Virus record (IMG/VR): IMGVR_UViG_3300045256_000151
Location: 1 to 59,454 of that record
Direction: 5' to 3' (one strand)
Length of the DNA stretch: 59,454 nucleotides
Source: a virus
Taxonomy: Duplodnaviria; Caudoviricetes
Made by a program: the position numbers and the translations under genes. Each line of letters begins with the position of its first letter. Positions within the stretch are counted from its first letter, which is position 1. Positions 54,701 through 59,454 of the stretch are shown piece after piece. The notes under the pieces were generated by a model. The model saw only the letters and a list, made by a program, of their open reading frames with translations. It had not been told where the DNA came from and did not search any database.

Positions 54701-56802
54701 GGCGTCGGGCCAGCGCCGCCCATCGCGGCGCCGGCCTGATCCGCCGGTTTGCTCTGCATGCCTTCTGCCTGCCCGACCCCCGCACCGGCGAGGTCGAGGC
54801 CCGGCGCTCCGCCAGCCTCAACGGCCGGCGGTTGGACTAGCAGCCGCTGGTCTTGCCCTGGCTGAACGGCTGAACCGAGTTCATCGACCGGGGCGGCGGG
54901 CTGGCCTTGCTCGGCTTGGGCTTGCGGCTGGACTTCTTGGACGCCTTCTTGCGGGCCATTGGGAATCTCCGGCGCGAGCCCGGTCGGGGCCGACGCGGCG
55001 CCGTCCAGGTTGCGCAAGTGCTGCCTGAGTTCGTCGTTGCTCGAGCCAGCGACCGGGGGCATCTTGACGCCGGCCGTGTTGGTCCGTTCACGAAGCGCCC
55101 GAATCAGATCGGGACGCTTCATCGTCGCGTACTGATCGGTCAGCTCGGGCGTCCGTGCAACAACGTCGGGGCCACCGGGCGGCACCGGCGCATCGGCGGG
55201 CGCGTTGGGCTCGGGCGGCATCGGAGCGTCCGGGCCTTTGCCTGACTGTTCGGGCTCGGCCTTGGGCGGGTTGGGCGGCGGGCTGCCGCGCGTCCCGCCA
55301 AACTGATACACGCCGGTCATCAGGTTGCCGATCACGCGGCCGCCGGCGCCGCCCAGCGCGCCAACCGCCAGCGATTCGGGCGTGGCGCTCAGTTCGCGCT
55401 CAAGCGCGGCGCCAAGCGTGTCATCGGTTGCCGCGACGCGGATCAGGGACTCGCCCCAGCGTTGCAGTTCTTCCTGCGTCACGCCCTGCGCGGCGCCACC
55501 GGCCAGGTCGGACAGCACGGCCTTTGCCAAAGGCCAGTTACCCACGACAACGGCGCGGCCCAGGTGATCGGCGATGATCCGATGGGCTTCGGCCAGGTCG
55601 GGGGCCATCAGCTCGCCGGCGGCCTTGCCCTCGAGGCCCAGCAGGTTGCCCAGTTTTTCCATCGCCCCGCGGGCCGCCCGCTGGCCGATCAGGTCCGCCG
55701 CCTTCTGACCGGCGTGCATGCTGACGTAGGACAGCACGCCAGAGCCCAGGGCCGCGAGCGGGCTGCCGGTCTGCTCATACATCGAATCGACGGCGCTCGA
55801 CACAAACCCGATCGCGCTGCCGATTTCCTGGCCAACCTTGCCGCCCAACTGAGCGGCAGGGCCCATCACTTCGCCAATGACCTGGCCGTTTCCGCCGATC
55901 CTGAACAGCGGCGCGGCGCCCGCACCACCGGCCATGCTTGGCGCCACCGCCTCACCAACGGCCCGACCAACACTACCACCAAAGATCATCTGCGCAATGT
56001 CGGCGCCAAACTTGGTGGCTTTGCCCGCGAACGTCTGCGGCTGAGGACCGGCAACCTCGCGCGACGCCGCAAACGCCTGATTGGCGTCACCACGCCGCTG
56101 CTGCTCGATCGCCGCACCAACGTCCTGCAAACCGGGAACAAGCTGCAAACCCTGGCCGATGGCTTGGCCGGCGACAGCCTGTAGACCAGTCAATCGTGGA
56201 ACAATCGCAGCAGTCCCCCGCACCGACGCGGCAAGGCCCGTGCCGATGTCCTCCAGCACGCCGGGCGCCGGAGGCATCAGCGCGGACACGTTGCTGGCCT
56301 GGGCGGGCGTCGGCGCGGAACCGCCGGGCTGGTTGATCGGCGACCCCATCACGCCGGCGGGGTTGGCTTTGCGCTGCGCAATGACCAGCCGCGCGTAGTC
56401 GTCGTTGGTGTGGAACGGGTGGTTGATAGCCTGGGCCCGCATCTGCTCGGGCACCTGCGCCATCGCGTTGAATCGCTCGATCTTCAGTTCTTCGGGCGTA
56501 ACCGCCTGGGCGGCGGCGCTTAGTTTCGCGGAGCGCGGATCGTTGGGGTCGATCAGCGGCGTGGGCGCGGGCTTGGGGATCTTGGGCGGCGTGAACGGGC
56601 GACCGTACTTGGCCATGCCGCCCGGCCCGCGCGAGGGCATGTCGGCGTAGTCGGTGAAGTTGGGATCGGCCGTCAACGCCGGAGCGGGATCGGGCACCAG
56701 CGCGTCGCGCTCCCAAAAACGACCAGCGTTGCCGGCGGGCGACGGCTTGGACTCATCGACAAGCGCATCCTTTTCCCAGAAGCGGGCGTTCTGATCGGGC
56801 AT
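39793..56802 (-). CDS. Giant polyvalent internal virion protein (5669 aa, DarB-like helicase/MTase plus other effector domains)
   Basis: Uninterrupted 17-kb ORF after two ejection genes. QEIGH 54109-54123; ddrB-ParB ~52700-53200; ART YHGT ~51235; EEVQSDW ~49660; MutS-N ~48600; GSGKT ~45250 and DEAH 45025-45036; EPSAGEG/NPPF ~43500/43320; DGHRR ~42500; TM segment ~40490. Confidence 0.92.
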   Translation of the reverse strand: MPDQNARFWEKDALVDESKPSPAGNAGRFWERDALVPDPAPALTADPNFTDYADMPSRGPGGMAKYGRPFTPPKIPKPAPTPLIDPNDPRSAKLSAAAQAVTPEELKIERFNAMAQVPEQMRAQAINHPFHTNDDYARLVIAQRKANPAGVMGSPINQPGGSAPTPAQASNVSALMPPAPGVLEDIGTGLAASVRGTAAIVPRLTGLQAVAGQAIGQGLQLVPGLQDVGAAIEQQRRGDANQAFAASREVAGPQPQTFAGKATKFGADIAQMIFGGSVGRAVGEAVAPSMAGGAGAAPLFRIGGNGQVIGEVMGPAAQLGGKVGQEIGSAIGFVSSAVDSMYEQTGSPLAALGSGVLSYVSMHAGQKAADLIGQRAARGAMEKLGNLLGLEGKAAGELMAPDLAEAHRIIADHLGRAVVVGNWPLAKAVLSDLAGGAAQGVTQEELQRWGESLIRVAATDDTLGAALERELSATPESLAVGALGGAGGRVIGNLMTGVYQFGGTRGSPPPNPPKAEPEQSGKGPDAPMPPEPNAPADAPVPPGGPDVVARTPELTDQYATMKRPDLIRALRERTNTAGVKMPPVAGSSNDELRQHLRNLDGAASAPTGLAPEIPNGPQEGVQEVQPQAQAEQGQPAAPVDELGSAVQPGQDQRLLVQPPAVEAGGAPGLDLAGAGVGQAEGMQSKPADQAGAAMGGAGPTPEQTAAAGNNDNAPQTTEPGPLVNGNGPAKIDGGLGQPSEPAPQQVGEPLAGGERGLGERAAQGSSLDQSTPAEHQAIRQRFEAAGPGHVKISNQIDAMVADGTLDHDSAALIRATTEDMDDDFLLGRINLLSAMIPGGHTGQATTLDGKRAPTRNTDIALAKVKRGLAQTIASMMARGHAVGVDQMPAAVALQEIGHIMVRVVPNKAQTEQLRKAYAAGIGGWEKEFEADGFDPEAAKYAASSFDEWAAHKFVMHVLGHASKDPAVRGLMARLFQQFKRALKRLAESLGFVPDSLRPIFEAMRMAKVQPEESAAKKSRATKPKPAQSAPEPPAKAVERPSTPAVASEPTSPARGKLATNDEVAAAFYRPGTVVVRSGNADLVESFTPAEDGQPWSVTVRAVVRQGNEWVPQPGARSRVHATAPTPREAREVLEPQGWTIDRTGKAYKPAENAPPKAAPAPAPPPLPTERPAALVQQQTQRPDPEPMTRVENGRTAMLELPDGRSLPVQYRMVEASELTPSHDARRFFRKNPAGDANERPYEDREQGGPSRDAVTRIAENPKPHLILTDTPTATDGPPIVDHKGRVLGGNARTMAMQLAYDQIPSSAEKYRAAMLEAAPRFGIDVAKAMEFRQPVIVRALSESDAGGPGEMSRILNQSHTAGRTAVADAISRGKLIDSDTASLITAAIEDRTLSEALASDATSAKVVAALVQSGAWSKADLAAYMEGGSLNREGKLVIERSLLGSILPDVAALSEATPSTRQLLIRAAAPMIRLRKAMSKADSDVSFDATLTGAMEVMAKRRAMGAKTVDELMAETLAPEGALADPRAVALAKALDGAKPTEFAETMNRVADAVVEAQAGQVSMKLGRPPSAGEAFDDAMRGDVGGLFSRPDQPVDMATKGSPDRKAWADEVRDNRRRLQERRDFVRSRLGPDGGQIPHPDGRVSVIHRNPDNATREKYPWRVTSFARDMRPWGHTLHTSLDGGQDSAVDELARFYSVGGDAKLTGRSLFGDDGQPDIPLVSVRHISTPNGPRFELFEVSSGAPASRPYESMEFARRERDKLNEARRLKAQEDALEQQRRLRDHKDVANLRLDADEPRRPGESAEDYLLRRKSREAEKNTGFLFGRPLAPDSQAFRDWFGDSKIVDDEGKPLVMYHGTQSGGFNEFRDDKMGVNLRHGPGFYFTDSPVVAGGGTVQTADGPAELRGYAEPERGGSASVMPVYLSVQNPMLVDDPAAVRGMLERVLPADNPRVANLNDPDSFENKTLASAPARYLRSALGSVEATNEAIRAAGYDGIVYSSRMGEETSRNVVVFRSEQVKSAIGNAGTYRRDSKNILFGRALDKVNQDELGFTSRLEAWVNDKLRGPMPAGQIRLALKNAGLPADEIKWTGLDQWLADKKGEKVTPADVKTYLDANRVVLKETTLGGDSNNADLADLVQKRDAATQKARRILNQFDARETADNELDWQISKTARYLALHPNAPDERKHSAIEGAIEAMRRPYAEDVYTEMERRGLFAAMREAIETSAAAERLLLTDEPNDAPKFEQFTLPGGSSYREVLLTLPPPNIPVQYPKALTELPPGYELIEDSSKPAHARWGVTPPGQTHARPFAGSWISPERAKSEAIARLNDDAYAKAEQARRDAVDSRTFKSGHFAELNIIAHLRIKDRITPDNRRVLFLEEVQSDWHEAGRDRGYSDPAEAARLQSQLDNARRQLNVLSLDDPAAIPLTAERDRLHAALTKAERGVPAAPWSKNWHEMALRRAIRLAAEGGYDALGWTTGRTQIARYELGNAVEKIEWERLDGGVKKVYIATSRNDGVDFEIKDGKVFNAMGQYAGDLGGKELREVVGADLARKINDNENGSVAGGDIRIGGGGMQSFYDRDLPNYARKYAKGWGAEPTLGEVMTGQTDHPSGDPSRQKGEASEPAHLLPITDAMRDSVLKGQPLFGRSLFDKDDDQPAPSMQGGLFAAGAKGSMVPGAKPELERPIKSGQAAGGTFALTGPAAGSGALFDAPGKPAQPPKQSFRDKYPGVVVAFRNGDHYELRGEDAKTVNAKTGMPIKDGVVRVPVDGIELALRKIIAAGVRVALAEPRPDGEPAKSVEAMPGDRLGAVTNPTRSLSDPEDPNTPASDHAYLMGQGDSIDGLDPQPPNEAVRDDYMSGYFDGLWEATGPITPTQLAVFRHALPQRDRAILVATSFQGETDRLFKLAKNGATDADIAKAVRRSLGGTSGNDFGEIRGRKLYIGRAGPQQEVLTQPKIIAELRRIFHIGQPTKAADRINAPDREQETPVEAPNPETAPQRPIIKPAETGFPGQQLGLLGDRYSGGITGGQPALFETRPDVASPIQRAESQRVAEPSEAFKDRETGGLFGSSKLKADVTAGPASMSLDDFEAAGFQPWQITKAEWVAMQRRHRRSLGQNEDDGTAAAPNAAYEEYHRDMVKAAKARGLDVPKEVLKDYPETLPKLVAVDPNTVGTTRAEIDAAVPHVRKGKRGWFTDSFPDPVDTKSEALARWITLDRINRARQAGGAAYEPGTGYNAVSREQVDEALRAPVPVNKGRSGENSIGQRRAKEGGEYGPNGEFYPGGSFINTVPENPKGVGGPSGGPSVVQERFTAEGNDTSAGSPYVIRDHLTGKKQGGYTSMESAERAAKAANADPSIVTGSEGLRVTDAREIARQIGHPNSDTIRQEIADAIAFRGPWRIYEYLKRQVGGVEAEAVINRVLAQRESAQLAPIDAQPAPSENASQQPAAAVDRPLSIYPPPVRRAAIDAIVKAAQQPTLPVVEVFELQGTDGKWYRANGFPVGVRHTGERRSVGFVQSREGVYVGTTYKTHAEAINAQTERQARDDADLRGALEEQDDDRLRQQAEFWLDKKGLTNPLAVYDQKQAPAAPSGDKPSPIMQAAAELQRTLNNRYRGRSIKVGWNKDAGFFVSGPADLDAPETWSTLRVYANQSRRDWVTPETKALDAMGRDAKAAPSEPTAQPMPAADEFLKSVGITVTPKTLKGGRIVHEVTGNTYEHQDAIKSIPDNRPKWYGPTKTWTYWNGDPTQQLAAAISRVGVPRPADEPATGGTTDERVEIENRRRAELDRPDERPTGGDAAGAVERSTADLIRLGAKAGIPADVLDSQIEDIGLIRKAYEAGKRLFIVGSAPGSGKTYVNGGAIRELREAGATKFVWFTMNRTLIDQIGDDLKAYGLEGVRFATYSELSGVGKGNDAIDADGAVLIFDEAHNIKNVGEEGADGTKRATAAATLMKAARFVVFSSATPFENPVQARYLEPTGIFDSVGGHTQWAILFGAQAVKKKVAVEWGSEGSRFGKKEIVVARWVNTDQAEELARGAKRWFEKQGMMSQRALKLPENMVTANFERHDVPDNYLSLYKKVMEAYAVAESQWLDDQGKPLDPATHALVKMHGQNAGKRLLEAAKADQAVVRAKELIAAGKKVVIFVETKADRALGKFRESRKPNGPRYDYPTMARMMEEWRAEREAMRAARDYDRVPPPFHAAIMSIAKAMHDAGLGDAELPSVTDDIMRQIPSAYLFTGENTDRVNKDNLVKWRADKAGVLLATMAKGGTGLSLHDKKGDHPTAMLLMNMPWTATQLEQVLGRINRYGLASVAENYVLFSSNIPFERLLATRIGQRMRSMSATVKGIKSKAGKALVNFDFDSNYSAKHMLLTDEQVDRELDGQSEVDRFDQAGAMEKTRLQKPDKDMDYFATPYTVAALMADAAGVKAGDSVLEPSAGEGNLLRFLPAGVNATILEPHEGRRKVATGVAQAANLDLVAQTGRFEDYTGGPFDAVVMNPPFSRVAGKGWQDITHIQRAYSMLKPNGRLVAILSEGPFFRSDNQSAGFRDWLEQVGATVVRLPEGTFKNSGTSVRARMIVVDRQGNEYQDLELGSIEPDDCRAMAEAIPTRPLMGRPLGDGDQTTDSDIPPDDEAAYVPLTETLRAHRGTYFDNPAGTFEQPGNTRKTDPATGQPLSSRTTPSQHTQYPVGTWRIDDTLNSIYGREVSQLRNVPLSMIQLTENDYTQPQSGWADPENRRADAERYSEWMRSGQVPPPVTIVERDDGALRLIDGHRRVAAAKMAGLTTIPAWVSPRMLNGQRTSDGRPMYAATGMTYEGMKYGPAEANRRFEERQRALLERRAQENTTLFGRPLNDENLPEDQKPGTAASVSTAIDAMMTAPPSAPISAAMRYLSGHSAPKTAALSERAANALVAFATARTAAPRRAAWFRSLVLGAAEGDEAMRRRIGAVWVETTLQATRTGFLERAAEADTPEEAAMWQERYDRATPTLIGLEGFPIQTAEDFEKAKADPIVRDATQAWIRHAMPYLNNRYRLIKGDPEAEVPYPDPETGFFVSMWAAPKDDEDATTPSRPSSNQPFRKRSAEKSITRTATGQRYETDAAAIIDNSVAGRDYLEAAKRRMYAVLKDEGLAIEAPPGQMFRDAEGDESRRPTFNGQPGVMLAETVRRGRMPRFQGDPITEVVQLWVDPRIANEVRRAGLRNDELDGHFFTQVTNALTAIQVYGILDLTAHGTNIIRALAMSADVTHGSAGARSGRAIPLARYGEAFVRIGRAMAKRWDDSPEIRRQIMELAEIGAMRPDAHRGHLPGVLEKALDNHPRIKRVAETVAGDWQSKLLRLLDEAGRLAMDNLYEDAVRAGVVKGTDMDRREWNNMLGQYEGRLMDPLKAFFRKAQLAPFVVAGTAFNRNSVRALIGTSAATAPTSKRAIASSIARILGGVVGCVLLAFLANWLLSGKPMGRAGVPVGAVDLGLTDSRGRPYFLDLMAMTGMRRGARLSGLNALANGLRYGRTAGDITDDAMLDALGWLHPYTGPAVTAALMALTGRGIHPAERAPVVGPHQSQRLANLLTALEELNPMVKAFVEGKTDGGVPGGIRNAVIKPLLNVVGIGSATPPDDKARAGAERREFVEWLAGEARKMPRSQRMNFVREHINEIADPNERARALKDILTKHRIMANP

Positions 56803-56807
56803 GTCGC

Positions 56808-58181
56808 TTACCTTTGACCCTTGATCCTCTTGCGGCCCTCGGGGTCAATGTAGACCGTCCCCACGGGCAAAGCGGCAAACTCGTTCTCGGTCTTGGGACT
56901 GGGAAGGTTATCGCCCGTCGCGCCGGGCTTGGGCTTGTCCGTCGGCGGCGCCTGCTGCCCCTTGGGCTGCGCCGTTCCGGGCCGATCGCCGATCGCCCCG
57001 CCGCTCAGCCGCGCCAGTTCCTCGTTGGCCGCCTGGAATCGCGCCCGGTCCTCGAGGTACATCGGATAGTCGGGCGATTCGGCGCCGGGGTTGACCCAAT
57101 CGCCGTACATCACGAACCCGTGCGCTTCGGCGATGCCCTTCGCGGACTCGATCAGATCCTTGGCCCGCTGCGAATCACGCCCCTGCTCGCGGAACGCCGA
57201 CATCGCCGAGCGGTAGCGCTCCATCGCCTTGTCGTGCCTGTCGCGCTGCTCGAGGGTGGCCGTTCCCAGTTTGAGCCGCACCGCCAGACCGTCGCGCTGC
57301 GTGTCGGCACGCTGCTGGTTGATGCCGACCATCGCGCTCTGGTAGGGCGTCATCATGTGCCCCAGCGCCTGCTCCACCGCCTTCTGGTAGCCCATCATCA
57401 GGCCAGACTGACGGGCCTGCTGCGTGGCGCCGAACTGCTGAGCCTGCTGCGGCCCAAGCTGCTTCATCACCGCGTCGATCTTGACGGGATTGTCCGGGTC
57501 GTCCGCCCATTCGCCCAGGACGCCGGGCATGCCTTTGAGCCGCATGACCCATTTCTGGTGATCGCGCTCGATGCCCGCCCGGGCGCGTTCTTCCTCCTGC
57601 TGGGCCATGATCGTTTGCATGGCGCTCTGGACCAGCGCGCTTTGCATGTGGGGCGGGAGCTTGCCGGCCAGGCCGGCGGGAACACCGGCCAACGGGTTGG
57701 GCGCGTTCATCGGCTGGCCGCCGGGCATGCCAAAGCCACTCATCGGCTGCTGCTGGGCCTGGGCGGCCGGATAGGCCCTCAGCAACGGCGGGATGGTGCC
57801 CGTGCCGGCCTGGTTGGGGAAGCCGCCCACCTGCGGCTGGTAGAACATGCCGCGGTTGTCGTCGCGCCAGTCGGTGCGCTGGCCCTGGCTCTGCTTGATG
57901 AGCGTGTCGGCCAGCACGCCGGTCGCGTCGAGCTGGGCGTTCTGCCGATCGGCCTGCGCCTGTTGCAGACCGAACTGATCGCGGGCCAGGTCGAGCGACT
58001 GCTGGTGCTGGCCCGTCTGCACCTCAAACTGATGCTGAGCAATTTCGCGCTGAAGCGCGCGCTCCTCGCGGTCGGCCGCGTCCTGCGCTTCGCGGTGATC
58101 CATGGCGCGCTGTTGCAGGCCGATATTCGCCCCCTGCCCCACCGCGCCGGTCAGGTCGATCATGTTGGCCAGGCCGCTCAT
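56808..58181 (-). CDS. Putative DNA ejection / internal virion protein
   Basis: Gln/Ala-rich helical; C-terminal F.ALPVGTVYIDPEG..RIK motif; start 58181 fits the promoter spacing. Confidence 0.7.
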   Translation of the reverse strand: MSGLANMIDLTGAVGQGANIGLQQRAMDHREAQDAADREERALQREIAQHQFEVQTGQHQQSLDLARDQFGLQQAQADRQNAQLDATGVLADTLIKQSQGQRTDWRDDNRGMFYQPQVGGFPNQAGTGTIPPLLRAYPAAQAQQQPMSGFGMPGGQPMNAPNPLAGVPAGLAGKLPPHMQSALVQSAMQTIMAQQEEERARAGIERDHQKWVMRLKGMPGVLGEWADDPDNPVKIDAVMKQLGPQQAQQFGATQQARQSGLMMGYQKAVEQALGHMMTPYQSAMVGINQQRADTQRDGLAVRLKLGTATLEQRDRHDKAMERYRSAMSAFREQGRDSQRAKDLIESAKGIAEAHGFVMYGDWVNPGAESPDYPMYLEDRARFQAANEELARLSGGAIGDRPGTAQPKGQQAPPTDKPKPGATGDNLPSPKTENEFAALPVGTVYIDPEGRKRIKGQR

Positions 58182-58187
58182 GGGCAA

Positions 58188-58213
58188 ACACTACGGATCG
58201 GCAAGCCCGCGCG
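58188..58213 (-). promoter_or_regulatory. Late-type promoter CGCGCGGG-N12-TAGTGT-N6-ATG
   Basis: Exact motif upstream of ATG 58181; no SD. Confidence 0.7.
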
Positions 58214-58226
58214 GCCAGAAGGCCGG

Positions 58227-59225
58227 TCACTGGATCTTGAGGCCGGGCGAGTAGAAGCCCGCACCAAACACCGACCCCTGCCCGCCCAACATCCCGCCCG
58301 GCGACGGGCCGCCCCCGCCGCCACCACCCCCGCCGCCGCGGTTGTTGCCGCCGGCGTACAGCCCGGCCACGCCCAGCGACGTGAGCCCGCCGGCGATCGA
58401 CCCCAGCGCCGAGCCCAACGCGGACTGCCCGGCGCCCTGGCCGATCTGCTGGATGCCGAACGCGGGCATGCCCAGGCCCGCGAGCGTCGCCTGGCCCGGG
58501 GCCACCGCCGCGGCCTGGCGGGCCCCGGCGATGGTCCGGCCCAACTCTCCTTCAAGGGCCTGACGGCTGGCCATGAGCCCGATGCGGGCCTGGCGAGCCG
58601 CTTGAAACCGACCCAGCGCCTCCTGCTTCGCGCGGAGGATGGCGTCGTTCTCCTGCTCATTCGACAGCCGCTGATTGGCGGCGATCTGGTTGGGCTGGAA
58701 CGTGGACATGCCCAGCAGACCCAACCGGGTGCCGGTGACGCGGTTGGTGTTGGCCAGCGATCGGGCCGAATCGCGCTTGATTCGGGCAATCTCGTCGGCG
58801 GTCAGATCCTGCCCCGCCTGCTCGTTCTGGGTGGCCAGCCGGTCGAGTTGATCGGTCCAGCCCTGCTCCTGGCGCTGGTTGCCCTCAAGGTCGCTGACGT
58901 ACCGCTGCCCGGCATCGGTGATGGCCTGGATGAGCGGCGGGTGCTTCGCCTCCCACGCGCTGGCGGCCGCCTTCTGGGCCGCCCCGTTCCACGCAACCTG
59001 CGGCAAGCCCTGGAGGGCCAGGCCGTAGTTGTCGTTGGTGGCGCCCAGGTAGTTGCCGTAGTCGTTGAGGCCGAACATGCTCACGCCCAAGCGGCGACGG
59101 GCCGCGTCGCTCTCGGCGTACTGCGCGTTTAACTGAGCCTTGGCGGCCTTGTTCTGGGACTGTGCGCCCATGAACGAGCCCAGCGCGCCAAGCCCCATGC
59201 CGATGCCAGACATCAACATGCTCAT
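58227..59225 (-). CDS. Putative DNA ejection protein (P22 gp7-like)
   Basis: Gly-rich hydrophobic N-terminus then NKAAKAQ; Gly-rich hydrophobic C-terminus. Confidence 0.7.
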   Translation of the reverse strand: MSMLMSGIGMGLGALGSFMGAQSQNKAAKAQLNAQYAESDAARRRLGVSMFGLNDYGNYLGATNDNYGLALQGLPQVAWNGAAQKAAASAWEAKHPPLIQAITDAGQRYVSDLEGNQRQEQGWTDQLDRLATQNEQAGQDLTADEIARIKRDSARSLANTNRVTGTRLGLLGMSTFQPNQIAANQRLSNEQENDAILRAKQEALGRFQAARQARIGLMASRQALEGELGRTIAGARQAAAVAPGQATLAGLGMPAFGIQQIGQGAGQSALGSALGSIAGGLTSLGVAGLYAGGNNRGGGGGGGGGGPSPGGMLGGQGSVFGAGFYSPGLKIQ

Positions 59226-59454
59226 GGCAAACGCTACGGCCCGACCTTCCCGCGCGACGACTTCGCCAGGGCGGCGTTGATGGCCGCCTCGGTGTCGAAG
59301 TTGATGGGCTCAACCTCGACCCACGGCTTGTCGGCCGGGGCACGCAGCACGCGGGCCAGAAACTCCGACAGAAATCGGCTGTCCAGGGGCTTGCCCGACA
59401 GCACCCAACGCACCGTGCGGGGCCCGGTTGGCGGGCCGACAACGACCACGGCCA
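59212..59454. repeat. Terminal direct repeat / circular overlap, right copy
   Basis: Matches 1-243 with one mismatch. Confidence 0.95.
59231..59256 (-). promoter_or_regulatory. Late-type promoter CGCGCGGG-N12-TAGCGT-N5-ATG (duplicate at 20-45)
   Basis: Exact motif; the TAG is also the stop of the upstream ORF. Confidence 0.6.

Noticed and set aside
58305-58340. Poly-Gly run as a contingency repeat
   Set aside because: Mixed Gly codons in a Gly-rich ejection-protein tail; ordinary low complexity.
59212-59454. Biological terminal repeat or gene duplication
   Set aside because: It begins and ends mid-gene and has one mismatch; assembly overlap is simpler. Read termini would be needed to decide.
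1-59454. tRNA, rRNA, IS element, intron or intein
   Set aside because: None recognised by eye; tRNAscan-SE and Infernal would be needed to exclude them formally.

Overview
The window looks like a complete, circularised, GC-rich tailed-phage genome of about 59.2 kb. Bases 1-243 recur at 59212-59454 with one mismatch. Its gene content resembles a P22-like podophage, and the host is possibly a Planctomycete (inference). Most genes are on the minus strand. The packaging/virion block holds TerS-like, TerL, HNH, portal, scaffold, major capsid, decoration, adaptor and tail proteins, two ejection proteins, and a 5669-aa polyvalent internal protein. That protein carries degenerate zincin, ddrB-ParB, ADP-ribosyltransferase, MutS-N, SF2 helicase, N6-adenine MTase and ParB domains. 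The early block holds YqaJ/RecT recombination genes, an SMC-like ATPase, a Tad1-like anti-defence protein, CsrA-, LexA- and excisionase-like regulators and many small ORFs. Main observations: (1) an L-F-G-R-[PAS]-L motif recurs at the domain junctions of the giant protein; (2) a late-promoter motif, CGCGCGGG-N12-TAnnnT-N5/6-ATG, implies leaderless virion-gene transcripts in a phage that also encodes an ECF-like sigma factor and a CsrA homolog; (3) a separate family of four conserved early promoters; (4) two in-frame chimeric genes (Dam-Dcm and DUF2303-nuclease) suggest deletions; (5) I recognised no polymerase, primase, integrase or endolysin. All family assignments come from motifs recognised by eye; no database searches were run.
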